Shown: in pieces, positions 37,502 to 47,390 of the stretch | Numbering within the stretch: the stretch's first letter is position 1 | Layout of the letters: the number at the start of each line of letters is the position of its first letter | Assembly (NCBI GenBank): GCA_964507855.1 | Contig: CAZDQS010000001.1 | Coordinates: 7,251 to 71,250 of the forward strand | Direction: 5' to 3' | Source of the DNA: an uncultured Candidatus Saccharibacteria bacterium | GTDB taxonomy: Bacteria; Patescibacteriota; Saccharimonadia; Saccharimonadales; CAZDQS01 | Length of the DNA stretch: 64,000 nt | Made by a program: the position numbers and the translations under genes | Notes under the pieces: generated by a model | What the model was told of the DNA's origin: nothing | Databases searched by the model: none | What the model saw: only the letters and a program-made list of their open reading frames with translations

Positions 37502-40243
37502 GTGGTATATCGGTACGGTAAAAAGCAAGCCGGCAAACTTACACGCATGTTTGGTTCGGTGAGCGCTACATTAGTTTTGTTATTTAGCAGCGTCGGCAGT
37601 GTTTTACCGTTAGTGCTGACTCAAAAGACTTTTGCCATTACAGGCACTGAACCGGCCGTCATAGCTGAAGTCCTTACGACTCATGACGCAACCAATTATG
37701 CTGGTGTGTTCGTAGAGTTCAAGCCAGCTAATTTCATTGACGCGACGGATGCCTTTGTGACAATCGAACGCGCGGCTGGCGGTGATGTCGTAAAGCATAT
37801 GACCCCTGCCAAAATCGCCACCCTCATCAATGGTGGCGCTTCCGGAACAGTAACCGCACCCTTCCCCATCCAAGAACGAACCTACACCGATGCCGGCAGC
37901 AGTTCGTGGTTCCCCATGACTAACAATGCCTGGGACGCAACAACAGTGCCGACAGAGGCCTACGTTACCGTCGTAACACCAGCGGGAAATGTGGTCAGCA
38001 ATAAAGTACCCTTCTCTACTACAAACCGGCCGAGCTATGAGAGCCTTCTTCCCCCAGTCCAGGCTACGGAAGTCGTGACAGGGGACACCGCCGCTGGCGA
38101 AAACCAGCCAGGCTGGCTCTTCAACCGAGACACCGACACGGACACACCATTCGAATTCACAACCGACAAAGCAAGCATTGGTAACGGCAGCATCTATGTC
38201 TTGCCTATCGGCGCTAACCCATCAGACAAATTCATTGCCGAGAATTTCATACGAAAACCAGTCGTCGATATCAAATCTATTTCGTACGACTTCCTAATTG
38301 CCGGTAACGGCAGCGTAAGTGACGCGGATGACTTTTATCTGAACGTTTACGCGACCATTGACGATTCGAACACGTTCTATGATTGCCGCTTCGATTATGT
38401 CCCCTCCACCGGCTCAACCACTGCGTTCACGACTGCTTCATTTACTGCAACTGACACGCCTACGCAAGTAACACGCCGCGGGGATCGGATTGCCGCATGT
38501 CCTGCCACACTTGCCGGCATGCCTGCCGGAAGCTATGTTAGGATGTTCGCAGTCAGCGTTGGCCAATCCAACGCAAGCGATGTCGGCCTGGCCGGCTACC
38601 TGGACAAGGTCGTTGCCCACACTTCCGATGAAATCACAACCTACGACTTTGAGCCCGACACAACGCCACCAGCTGTACCCACCAACCTCCGGCGCGTTGC
38701 TAAGGATGATGGTGAAGTGCTTGCCTGTGGAGCTATAACGACCCGGCAAGTACTCTACCCCACCTGGGACGCCGTGCCTGATGCTGATCACTACGAGTAC
38801 ACTTCATACAACGGCAATACTATCGGCATTAATGCACAGGTTGTAACCACCAATCAGTACATGCATAACTGGACACCAACAGCCGATGGCACAAACGGCT
38901 TCAAGGTGCGAGCGGTTGACGCCGCTGGAAATAAGTCTGACTGGACGCCAATCTGTCACATCACGTATGACAGCACCGCCCCTTCAGCACCCACCAACGG
39001 ACAACCTCACAATGACATACTCAACACCAATAATTTCTGGTTCACGTGGGATGCATCGACTGATATCACTGCAGTAACCTATGAGTTTCAATCTTCTATG
39101 AACTCTGCCCAGGTAGACGGTGTCCTCACAACTGGCCTGTGGCAGTCAGGCACACTGCCCAGCAACACCATTCACTCTGTCGGCGCACCTGATGGCACGT
39201 GGTACTGGCAGGTACGTGCCAAAGACGCAAGTGGTAACGTAAGCGCCTGGAGCCCAATATGGAACGTGACACTCGACACCACTAAGCCGGCTCCTGTCAC
39301 CATCACCTCACCCACTACCGGGGATATCTTCAATACATCAACCATCCGGGCTGAATGGACACCCGCCACAGACGCAACTGGTATTGCCAATTACGAGATC
39401 GAATATGTATACGTCCGCAACGGCAATCCAACGACCGATTATCGCCTCGTCGCCGGCAACCGTACCTTCCGCAATCAATCATTGTCTGGCGGTGTTCAGG
39501 GCGATTTCACCATCCGTGTTCGCGCTATCGACAATGCTGGCAACTATAGCGATTGGAGCGAGTCAGTAACCTACACCTATGACTCCATAGCACCGGCTGT
39601 CACCCTCCTCTCCCCTGCCGATGGCACCACGCAAGATGGCACGAGCGTCACGCAAACATGGGAGTCTAGCGACCCAGATGTTAGCTACTATGTGTACGAG
39701 AGTTATGGCAGCACGAACACCAGCCTTGCGCCGCTTGTCAGCGAAACCCTCACCGACACCAGCAGGACCACTACGGACGTTACTGACGGCACATACTATT
39801 GGCGGGTGAAGGCCGTAGATCTAGCTGGCAATGAGGGCCCATGGAGTGACCTCTGGGCGGTGACAATCGATAATCCCGTCCCGCCAGCTGGTGGCGGCAA
39901 CGTCCTCGGCACAAACACAGATAAAGAGCAGCAAAAGCAGCCAGCAGCTTCTACTCCTGGCGGCAACGGCAATGGCCTAACTATACGAACCTATGTTGCT
40001 ACCAGCACAGGCGCCAACGAAGAGGAACCAGAAACGGAAAGTTCTCTTACCTCCGAAGAGCAAGGCTCCGTCCTGCAAACGCAATCCGAGGATACCAGCA
40101 ATACAAGCGTGGCTACCGATACGCCCGAAGAATCTTCCACCAAGCAAGTCCTGGGGCTCACCTGGTACTGGTGGCTGCTCATACTGGCTATCGTCTTGGG
40201 AATCGGCTACCGTATGGCGACCAGCAAGGCCGACCAGAAGTAA
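37502..40243 (+). CDS. Large cell-surface protein: signal peptide, N-terminal domain, four to five tandem roughly 95-aa FN3/Ig-like repeats, acidic S/T/E linker and C-terminal TM anchor
   Basis: GTG start after RBS AGGGGG; repeats ending G(T)YYW(Q/R)V(R/K)A.D.AGN.S.WS...V..D...P; C-terminal LTWYWWLLILAIVLGIGY + basic tail. Confidence 0.7.
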   Translation: MVYRYGKKQAGKLTRMFGSVSATLVLLFSSVGSVLPLVLTQKTFAITGTEPAVIAEVLTTHDATNYAGVFVEFKPANFIDATDAFVTIERAAGGDVVKHMTPAKIATLINGGASGTVTAPFPIQERTYTDAGSSSWFPMTNNAWDATTVPTEAYVTVVTPAGNVVSNKVPFSTTNRPSYESLLPPVQATEVVTGDTAAGENQPGWLFNRDTDTDTPFEFTTDKASIGNGSIYVLPIGANPSDKFIAENFIRKPVVDIKSISYDFLIAGNGSVSDADDFYLNVYATIDDSNTFYDCRFDYVPSTGSTTAFTTASFTATDTPTQVTRRGDRIAACPATLAGMPAGSYVRMFAVSVGQSNASDVGLAGYLDKVVAHTSDEITTYDFEPDTTPPAVPTNLRRVAKDDGEVLACGAITTRQVLYPTWDAVPDADHYEYTSYNGNTIGINAQVVTTNQYMHNWTPTADGTNGFKVRAVDAAGNKSDWTPICHITYDSTAPSAPTNGQPHNDILNTNNFWFTWDASTDITAVTYEFQSSMNSAQVDGVLTTGLWQSGTLPSNTIHSVGAPDGTWYWQVRAKDASGNVSAWSPIWNVTLDTTKPAPVTITSPTTGDIFNTSTIRAEWTPATDATGIANYEIEYVYVRNGNPTTDYRLVAGNRTFRNQSLSGGVQGDFTIRVRAIDNAGNYSDWSESVTYTYDSIAPAVTLLSPADGTTQDGTSVTQTWESSDPDVSYYVYESYGSTNTSLAPLVSETLTDTSRTTTDVTDGTYYWRVKAVDLAGNEGPWSDLWAVTIDNPVPPAGGGNVLGTNTDKEQQKQPAASTPGGNGNGLTIRTYVATSTGANEEEPETESSLTSEEQGSVLQTQSEDTSNTSVATDTPEESSTKQVLGLTWYWWLLILAIVLGIGYRMATSKADQK

Positions 40244-40268
40244 GGCCAACCCCTGCTCTTGGATATAT

Positions 40269-40308
40269 AAACCACGGCTCCGAGTATCTTGAGTCGTGGT
40301 TTTTTCAA
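40269..40308 (+). terminator. Rho-independent terminator after the large surface-protein gene
   Basis: AAACCACGGCTC-cgagtatctt-GAGTCGTGGTTT (12-bp stem, one G-U) followed by TTTTC. Confidence 0.6.
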
Positions 40309-40345
40309 CCACCCGACGGCTTAATATACTCTGTCGAACTACGAG

Positions 40346-40849
40346 CTATTCCGGGCGTGTGGTTGATGCCTTGAGTTCTATTGCGATATCCGGGTCTTGC
40401 TCAAGACTGTGCGTTACGCCCTCCATGGCCGCAACCAGCTGTTCGTCACCAATAACAATACCTTGCCCAGGCTCAGGAAGACGATCAATATAATGTCCAT
40501 CAGGTGTTTCCATGATATTGACATTCGAGATCTCTGGCGGCGCGCTAAACGATGGTGCGGTACGGAAATAATGAACATAACGACCACCAGGAATCCACCT
40601 CACCTCAATCGTCTCTCGACTATATCCACGAGACACCTCGGCATGCTCAACATCCCGACGCACACAGAGGCTCTGCCCTGCTGCCCCGACTCTGAAATAA
40701 CTTTGCCCAAACAACCGAAAGAGCGCTGCTTGTACTAACCTATCCGTCTTTACGGCTATCGTTCCGGCCTCAACCAGTACGTCCGCACCCCGTAAGACCG
40801 CATTAGTATCTGGAGAGGTGCCGGCCTGGGAGCTTTCTATAAGTGCCAT
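40346..40849 (-). CDS. Hypothetical protein
   Basis: 167-aa ORF, no recognisable family. Confidence 0.35.
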   Translation of the reverse strand: MALIESSQAGTSPDTNAVLRGADVLVEAGTIAVKTDRLVQAALFRLFGQSYFRVGAAGQSLCVRRDVEHAEVSRGYSRETIEVRWIPGGRYVHYFRTAPSFSAPPEISNVNIMETPDGHYIDRLPEPGQGIVIGDEQLVAAMEGVTHSLEQDPDIAIELKASTTRPE

Positions 40850-40962
40850 GTCATAATCCTTGCCCTCATTTATACGAGCATTTTTGAGTCTGTCAACACT
40901 CGTTATGCTTAATAAGCAGGACCACCCCTGTTAAAGTTGTGAGAATTTTTACAGAACTATTA

Positions 40963-41823
40963 CTAAGTCTGCTGTAGTTGCTCGATAGCTTGATGTACCC
41001 GAGCAGCGGTGTTCTCTGGATACAATGACGAGTGGTCATGCGTGCCCCACGCTTCCCGCATACCGCGGCGCTGCGGCTCTTCTTCGCCTAAGTAAAACAC
41101 TGTGAGCCCGCCGATACAGACCCCCTCTGGTGTGGTGAGGCCTTCCCTCAAGAGCGCCCGCTCATGTCGACGCGGCGGAAAGACAATATCTCGCCTACTC
41201 AAGCCTAGCGCAACCTTTGTGCCACCAAATGCCAGCTCCTTCACGTCTGCTGCCAAATAGCTGGTAGCGATTTCGGTAGAATTTCTGAGAAAGTGTATGG
41301 GGCCATCAATAAACGATCGAACAACCTGGTTGCCCTGGTGACGCGACCCTTCAACCTCACGCTTGCGCTTGAGATACATTTCGCCCATAAACCGAACTGG
41401 CAAGGCAAGCCTGCCTGGCTTGGCGAGGGGTGGGTTCAACCCAATTGCCATGTCAACATCAGCTGGCAACATTCGTCCCGCACGTATTGCGACAATAGCG
41501 CCTTGTGACGTGCCGGCGAGCGTGAACGGCCCTTGGATACCGCGCTTCTCACGCAAATAGTCAATGGCATGCTTAGCGTGGTTGATTTTAGCTGCGTGAT
41601 ACCGCTGAATGCGCTGGCCGTTCTGGCGGCGGGGACCCGGATCGGGCGTCTCTACCCGATCAACAACGGCGACACGATAACCGAGATCAGCCAGGGCCCG
41701 TCCGAGTGGCCACATCCGTTCTGCGTTCTGCCCGACCCCGCCAAGCAGCAGAATAGACCGCTCACCGTGTTCGGTAATAAGCTCTGGCTTTGGGTAGTCT
41801 GATTCTGATCTGCTACGTGCCAT
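40963..41823 (-). CDS. Alpha/beta-fold hydrolase
   Basis: Nucleophile elbow FTLAGTSQGA, HGERSILLLGGVGQN oxyanion region; start taken at the internal ATG (41823) to avoid a 113-nt overlap with orn. Confidence 0.6.
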   Translation of the reverse strand: MARSRSESDYPKPELITEHGERSILLLGGVGQNAERMWPLGRALADLGYRVAVVDRVETPDPGPRRQNGQRIQRYHAAKINHAKHAIDYLREKRGIQGPFTLAGTSQGAIVAIRAGRMLPADVDMAIGLNPPLAKPGRLALPVRFMGEMYLKRKREVEGSRHQGNQVVRSFIDGPIHFLRNSTEIATSYLAADVKELAFGGTKVALGLSRRDIVFPPRRHERALLREGLTTPEGVCIGGLTVFYLGEEEPQRRGMREAWGTHDHSSLYPENTAARVHQAIEQLQQT

Positions 41824-41839
41824 GGTGTCTTTTCCTTGA

Positions 41840-42400
41840 TTAATCCTGATTAGTTTGGCTAAACCACTCCAGGTAGTGTTGCAGCTCGGCGATTGATGCT
41901 TGAATGTCGTCGAACGCCCGGTGGACGTCTTTTTTCTCAAACGTGACGCCATACTTGCCCTGCATCAGCACCTTCCAGGCGCTGACGTCGAGCATTCGAT
42001 AGTGCAGCTTCAGGTCCAGCGCGGGCATCCAGCGCTTGATAAACATGCGATCGTTATAAATAGAGTTTCCGGCCAGTACCGCCGGCTCGGCGCCGAAATG
42101 CTTATCAACGAGCGTAATCATTTCTGCTTCGACCTGCTGCAGCCGCTTGCCATGTTCAAGATTGTTCAAAAACTGGTCACGGTTCTCTGGATAACTCTGC
42201 CACCAGACATTAGCCTGCATGCGGGTCACAACCTCTTTACGATCCTGCTGCACCGTCGATTCATAGCTCTCAAGCGTTGTGAACGTAAAATCAGTAACTT
42301 CCGCGGCAATCTCCAGTATCACGTCCTTTTGAGGGTCGAGGCCGGTCATCTCCAAATCCACCCACAAAAGCTTAGTCGGCACCAGGTCTTTATCAGCCAT
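41840..42400 (-). CDS. orn: Oligoribonuclease (DEDDh 3'-5' exonuclease)
   Basis: LLWVDLEMTGLDPQKDVILEIAAEVTDF (Exo I motif) and the C-terminal H...D motif. Confidence 0.85.
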   Translation of the reverse strand: MADKDLVPTKLLWVDLEMTGLDPQKDVILEIAAEVTDFTFTTLESYESTVQQDRKEVVTRMQANVWWQSYPENRDQFLNNLEHGKRLQQVEAEMITLVDKHFGAEPAVLAGNSIYNDRMFIKRWMPALDLKLHYRMLDVSAWKVLMQGKYGVTFEKKDVHRAFDDIQASIAELQHYLEWFSQTNQD

Positions 42401-42458
42401 GTATCATCTTACCTTTCATATCGTTACAGGTATTATACCGGCAAGAGTCCCCTAGCGC

Positions 42459-43559
42459 CTAGTTGCACGGACCGCTGCCAGGAACAAGCTGGTCTTTTGT
42501 CACAGTAATTGTGGTGCTGTTGGCCCGGGTTTGACCGCTGGAATCCCATTTGTTGCACGTAAACACGTCTGCAACGCCGTTGATAACACCATGTGCGCCA
42601 GAATTCTGGCCAAGGGCTGGGTCTATCCGCAAGTACCGATTGTTGCGAGCTATAACCTGCGTACTACCGCAATTTATTGACGTGCCTATCATGTAGCTGT
42701 TGCGTCCGCCGAGCCAGTTGCCTTCAATCAGGATGTTGTGGAGGCAGGTATTGTTCTCCGTTCCCAGCTGAAGGCTCTTGTCGCTGACCCGCCCGTCCGG
42801 GTTCACATCACAAACATTGCCAATGATAGACAGGTCGTAATTGGTGCCAAATTGCACCTGGATGCAGTCCTCGTGCCGTTCCCCACCGGCATCGAGATCA
42901 TAAATCCAGTTTGCCTGAATGAGGCCGCCCTTTGCCTTGATACCGTCAATGCAGCCATGGAGCCGGCTATTAGCAAGCACAAAGCCGGCAGCCGATGATT
43001 GGTCATACACGCACGCATTCATACCGCCGTTTTTCTGGCCATCTATCTCGACTCTATCTATGACCGCGCCCCTGACACCACTGTTTACTCTTACACCGTA
43101 CGTTCCGCCGACAATTTTGCTGTTCTCGAGCCGGACATTGTCCGCTGCAATTGTCACCGTGCCGCTGAAGCTGCAGTTCTTCACGACCTGCCCTGGCGTA
43201 TCAAGGGTTTTGTCCGTACATACTGAGAGAGTGCCCGAATAGCCTGTATTTGTCTCGTCTGGTTTCGAAAGCCCGTCCGATGGTGGGCTGCCGCTGAAGA
43301 GCACAGCCTGACCGCCGGACGCGCCGGCGTCGGCGACTTTTGTAGCAGGGCTGGTGACAGTTCCCTGCTCGGCTTCAATGGCAGCATACGGTGTAGCCGC
43401 TTGGGAAGCCCTGAGGTAAACCACCAGACCAAAGCCGATAAGAACAAGGACAAGAACTGTTAGGCCCAATTTGTGCCGGCTCGCAAAGCGCCTAGGCCTC
43501 GGAAGAAGAGTAGAGGCAGAAGAGCTGCCTGCTCGCGGCCGCCTGGCAAAGTGCCTCAT
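42459..43559 (-). CDS. Secreted parallel beta-helix protein, paralogue A (Arg-rich N-terminus and signal-anchor)
   Basis: N-terminal RRPRAG...RRFASRHK then TM; conserved segment PYAAIEAEQGTVTSPATKVADAGASGGQAVLFSG shared with 43577..44737; beta-helix rungs with N/C-rich turns. Confidence 0.6.
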   Translation of the reverse strand: MRHFARRPRAGSSSASTLLPRPRRFASRHKLGLTVLVLVLIGFGLVVYLRASQAATPYAAIEAEQGTVTSPATKVADAGASGGQAVLFSGSPPSDGLSKPDETNTGYSGTLSVCTDKTLDTPGQVVKNCSFSGTVTIAADNVRLENSKIVGGTYGVRVNSGVRGAVIDRVEIDGQKNGGMNACVYDQSSAAGFVLANSRLHGCIDGIKAKGGLIQANWIYDLDAGGERHEDCIQVQFGTNYDLSIIGNVCDVNPDGRVSDKSLQLGTENNTCLHNILIEGNWLGGRNSYMIGTSINCGSTQVIARNNRYLRIDPALGQNSGAHGVINGVADVFTCNKWDSSGQTRANSTTITVTKDQLVPGSGPCN

Positions 43560-43576
43560 AAGCCCCGTATCCTCGC

Positions 43577-44737
43577 TTACCGCTGCGTACCAGAGGTTAT
43601 CGGCGTACCATCAAGCAGCCTGTTGCCGCTGAGTGTCAGCTCGCTGCTATTCACACGATTTATACTCCAGTACCCATATCGATAGCCTTTAGTTGATCCA
43701 CTCCCCCAGATGCCGTCTTCATCAGGGAGGAAGACATTATTGATTGCCCGAACGTTGGTGATGTACGCAGCAGGGTCACTTGGATTGGAACAACGGTCTT
43801 TCTTGCCTCCGGCAAATGAGAAGCCGTAGTTACCGCCGTAAATGTAGTTGTACGAAAACTCAATGTCTGTAATATGCTGACATGACGACCCATTCCAAGC
43901 CTGGGCAAAGAGCGGGAAATTACCCCCGTTCTCAATTCTCATGTCTATATAGTTGTAGCGCGCAGTCCAGCGGGTATCGCCTGAACCCTGAATACCATCC
44001 AGATGCTTGGCTGAGCCCGGCCGCTTGCTCATATGGATGTAGTTGTACTCATAAAGCGAGTCGTGTTCGGCCTTGATGCCATCAGCTTCCAGCCCCGTTA
44101 TCTCGGTATGCCGGACTGTCATGTGAGACGCTCCGTTACCGCCAATTACGCCCGTGGCAGTAACATCGTTAGCTCCCACCGTCGACTCAACGCGGCAATA
44201 TTCTATTGTTGTATTAACAAATCCTGGCTGGACGCGGATAACGTTAACGTTGCTAGACCCAGTAACTCTACAGTTCCGAATGGTAACGTTATTGGCCTTT
44301 ACGTTTATAGTGCCGCTCACATCGACATTTTCAATAATCTGCCCGTCAGTTGTCGCCGTAATTGAGCCGGAGGGCTGAAGTGCAGCCGGGTTGTTCGGCC
44401 CAGCATTATCAATAATCCACTGCAAGCTTGGCATGTCGCCTGGAGGCGGAGGTGGCGGCGTGGGGTTCGAAGCACTACTGAACAACACCGCCTGGCCGCC
44501 CGAGGCGCTGGCATCAGCTACCTTGGACGCCGGACTGGCGACAGCCCCCTGCTCGGCCTCAACGGCCGCGTAAGGAATGTCTGCTTGGGAAGCCCGGATA
44601 AAGGCTACGACGCCGACGCCGACAAGGGCAAGAACAGCAACCGTAAGCCCAGCCTTATATCGACTGACGAATGTACGGCGGACGGGGAGAAATGCAGAAA
44701 CCTTTTGCCTACCTGAGTTTGTGCTCCTAATCCGCAT
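43577..44737 (-). CDS. Secreted parallel beta-helix protein, paralogue B (tandem to A)
   Basis: PYAAVEAEQGAVASPASKVADASASGGQAVLFSS; PPPPPPG linker; beta-helix core NNVTIRNCRVTGSSNVNVIRVQ...HMTVRHTEITG...HLDGIQGSGD shared with 57089..58033. Confidence 0.6.
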   Translation of the reverse strand: MRIRSTNSGRQKVSAFLPVRRTFVSRYKAGLTVAVLALVGVGVVAFIRASQADIPYAAVEAEQGAVASPASKVADASASGGQAVLFSSASNPTPPPPPPGDMPSLQWIIDNAGPNNPAALQPSGSITATTDGQIIENVDVSGTINVKANNVTIRNCRVTGSSNVNVIRVQPGFVNTTIEYCRVESTVGANDVTATGVIGGNGASHMTVRHTEITGLEADGIKAEHDSLYEYNYIHMSKRPGSAKHLDGIQGSGDTRWTARYNYIDMRIENGGNFPLFAQAWNGSSCQHITDIEFSYNYIYGGNYGFSFAGGKKDRCSNPSDPAAYITNVRAINNVFLPDEDGIWGSGSTKGYRYGYWSINRVNSSELTLSGNRLLDGTPITSGTQR

Positions 44738-44750
44738 ACACGTCTCCTTG

Positions 44751-46025
44751 CTATGAACCGTAGCCGGTTATCACCGTACTGAGGTCAAGTCCGTTAATTA
44801 TTCCGTCACCAGTCACATCACCATCAGCACGCGCCATGCCTGTGCGACCATAATTACTCAAGAGCGTGGTAAGGTCCGTTGCATTAACCGCATTGTCGCC
44901 GTTAACATCGCCGGCTTTTGTACCCGGATTCGAGGCTGTACCGCTTGCCAGTAGATTGTCGAATGAGGCTGCATTGTTCTTTGAGCCAAAGCCTACCTTG
45001 CCGCCCGTGGCATTAACAGTAGCTGTGCCCTGCAAGCCGCCATCACGCCAGACGCTAACCTCGTTGCCGGTGCGCTGGATCTTTATCTGGTAGAACGTAT
45101 CAGCCACAATGGTAGCTGCGAAATCCGCCACTTGCGTTGCCGTGCCATCCGTGACACGGAAAATGCCGTTCGTATTATCGTCATTGCTCTCATTGAAACT
45201 TACAAACGAATAGTTATTTACATCCGTGTAGTCAAAGATTACAGAGAAGTCATCGAACGCGTTTGCCGTTCCTGTGACCTTTGCCCTTGCCTCAACCGTG
45301 ATATCACCCGTGAGGGCAGTATTATGAACGGCGATGTTGGCGTTACCAGGCGTGCCGTCGTTAGCGGGGTTGGTGAGATTGTACGTACCGCCGGCCACTG
45401 CCCATGTGCCGCCAGTAGTTGCAAAACTCGAAACAGCGCCATCGAATGTCTCGCAGATGTCGGCGGTCCGGCCCGCGCAGCTGAAGTCCGGATCCGGCTG
45501 CGTGAGACAGTTGTCACCGGTCCCGGTTGGCACACAAGCGGTGTCCTTGGTCAGTATAATTCTATCGAGCTTGACGCCATCTTCCCGGCCAACCATACGG
45601 ATCGTGTGGCTGCCAGCCGAGAGGTTGACGCTTATTTTGTTTGAGCTGTTGCCATCACGATAATCTACCCACGTCCATTGATTTGCCGCTATGCCACTAT
45701 CCCCCACGACCACGCCACATAACGTATCGCCTATTTCAAGATAATACGAGTTGTTCGAGGTGTCGGGAACCTGCACCCGACTCCAAACTCGATACGTTCC
45801 CGCTTCCGAAACACTAACGCTTGTTGTCGCCACGCCCTTGTCTGAAGGCAACCCCGCACAGGCAGCCGAAACAGGGGTCGTAATGCCGACCACCAGAAAG
45901 GCACTAAGGCCTGCAGACACAAGACCACCAGCAACAAGGAACGTGCTGATACGATGCCTCCAGTTAAATTTTTTAACATGTAAGCGATGTGCACGTATGT
46001 TTGTTGGTTGTGCTGCGCTCTTCAT
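44751..46025 (-). CDS. Secreted protein with an N-terminal signal-anchor, beta-rich central region and a C-terminal dockerin-like module
   Basis: TM LVAGGLVSAGLSAFLVVGI; C-terminal GDVNGDNAVNATDLTTLLSNYGRTGMARADGDVTGDGIINGLDLSTVITGYGS. Confidence 0.6.
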   Translation of the reverse strand: MKSAAQPTNIRAHRLHVKKFNWRHRISTFLVAGGLVSAGLSAFLVVGITTPVSAACAGLPSDKGVATTSVSVSEAGTYRVWSRVQVPDTSNNSYYLEIGDTLCGVVVGDSGIAANQWTWVDYRDGNSSNKISVNLSAGSHTIRMVGREDGVKLDRIILTKDTACVPTGTGDNCLTQPDPDFSCAGRTADICETFDGAVSSFATTGGTWAVAGGTYNLTNPANDGTPGNANIAVHNTALTGDITVEARAKVTGTANAFDDFSVIFDYTDVNNYSFVSFNESNDDNTNGIFRVTDGTATQVADFAATIVADTFYQIKIQRTGNEVSVWRDGGLQGTATVNATGGKVGFGSKNNAASFDNLLASGTASNPGTKAGDVNGDNAVNATDLTTLLSNYGRTGMARADGDVTGDGIINGLDLSTVITGYGS

Positions 46026-46131
46026 ATCTATACTCTTTGTTTAGTAGTATTCGTAATTAACCTTAAGCATTAGCTTATCACTGCTATTGACAAAAAGTAA
46101 AGCATGCACTTTTTTGTATTGAAATAGGCTA

Positions 46132-46500
46132 TTAGCTGCGCCACCATGCCAACACTTCATCGGCTTGACTCGGTGATACGGTAATAATGACGTTGTCGAA
46201 TCGGAAGTTTTGCGTCTCAATGACGAGCACATTACGGGCTGTCATGCTTGCCCAGCCTCTGGGCTTGCGTACGTAGAGAAAGTATCGCCGTCCCCGGCTT
46301 CTAAAGTAGCCAGCAAAGAGGACACCCGGCGCGCCGGTGCCAGCCAGGCGCCAGAGCGGCTTCAGTCCGTAGAACTGCTCTTTCCATTCAATATTCACGA
46401 TATGGCCACGCGGTATAACGAGCCGGCGCCTGAGCGCCAGGAACATCTCGACACCGTCCAACGTAATAATGAGACTGTCGGACGTTGTGCCGATTTTCAT
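46132..46500 (-). CDS. Hypothetical small basic protein (possible bacterial PH-like domain)
   Basis: 122-aa ORF, 4-nt overlap with msrB; no confident family. Confidence 0.3.
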   Translation of the reverse strand: MKIGTTSDSLIITLDGVEMFLALRRRLVIPRGHIVNIEWKEQFYGLKPLWRLAGTGAPGVLFAGYFRSRGRRYFLYVRKPRGWASMTARNVLVIETQNFRFDNVIITVSPSQADEVLAWWRS

Positions 46501-46895
46501 GAGGCGTTTTGCTTAAAGTCAAGCACGCAGGAGTTGATACAATAATGCTTGCCTGTCGGTGAGCTCCCATCGTCGAACAGATGCCCTAGGTGGCCCCCAC
46601 ATTTTTTGCACAGTACTTCGATACGGTGCATTCCCAAACTATTGTCGTCTTGCAAGACAACCGCATCACTGCCAGCAATCTCTGCAAAACTTGGCCAGCC
46701 GGCAAGACCAGGAATATCTGAATCATATTTTGCTTCAGAGCTGAATAGCTCTGCTCCGCAATTAACGCACGTATATATTCCGGTCTCTCTGTGCTGTAAA
46801 TACTTGCCGCTGAACGGCGCCTCGGTAGCCTTCTCGAACAAAATTTTCTTCTGTTCGTCAGATAAATTGGGATTGAGGGGTGATGCTGCGCTCAC
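46497..46895 (-). CDS. msrB: Peptide-methionine (R)-S-oxide reductase
   Basis: Two CxxC pairs (CVNCGAELF ... CKKCGGHLGHLFDDG) and the RIEVLC catalytic region of the SelR domain. Confidence 0.85.
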   Translation of the reverse strand: MSAASPLNPNLSDEQKKILFEKATEAPFSGKYLQHRETGIYTCVNCGAELFSSEAKYDSDIPGLAGWPSFAEIAGSDAVVLQDDNSLGMHRIEVLCKKCGGHLGHLFDDGSSPTGKHYCINSCVLDFKQNAS

Positions 46896-46940
46896 CCTTT
46901 TATTATACTGCGTAAGAGAAGGTAGGCACTACACGTCTGT

Positions 46941-47342
46941 TTACGCTTTCTTCTTGTCGAGCTTGTCCAGCTTGAGCCCGTGAACAATAAAATAGACAAC
47001 CCCTGCAATCGAGAGGAACTTAATCAACACACTGGCGAACGCGCCCCACCGGAACGTACTGCCAGCGAAATAAAATGTCGCGTCAGCCAAACTGTCAGCC
47101 CGCGGCATCACGATACCAATAAGCGGGTTAATGAATGAGTTCACGAGTGAATCAACAACTTCCTTGGCCGCAGTACCAAGCACCAAACCGACCGCCAGCC
47201 CAATGACGCCCTGCTGGCGCACAAAATCCACGAAGCCCTGCAAAGGCCGCAACACGACCGGCAGAACTACTGGCGGCGCTTCAAGTGCAAGCGTACTTTT
47301 CACTGTCTTATTCTTGGATGTGGGTACTTTCTTATCAGCCAT
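46941..47342 (-). CDS. mscL: Large-conductance mechanosensitive channel with a roughly 30-aa N-terminal extension
   Basis: GFVDFVRQQGVIGLAVGLVLGTAAKEVVDSLVNSFINPLIG matches the MscL TM1/periplasmic loop signature. Confidence 0.85.
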   Translation of the reverse strand: MADKKVPTSKNKTVKSTLALEAPPVVLPVVLRPLQGFVDFVRQQGVIGLAVGLVLGTAAKEVVDSLVNSFINPLIGIVMPRADSLADATFYFAGSTFRWGAFASVLIKFLSIAGVVYFIVHGLKLDKLDKKKA

Positions 47343-47390
47343 ATAATCTCCTCTGTTTTCAGTTTACACAAACAAAACAGCGTTACGCAA

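Noticed and set aside
46026-46131. Weak A/T-rich hairpin containing GCATGC in the spacer between 44751..46025 and 46132..46500
   Set aside because: The stem is only about 6 bp of A-T pairs with a long loop. That is too weak to call a terminator or regulatory site.
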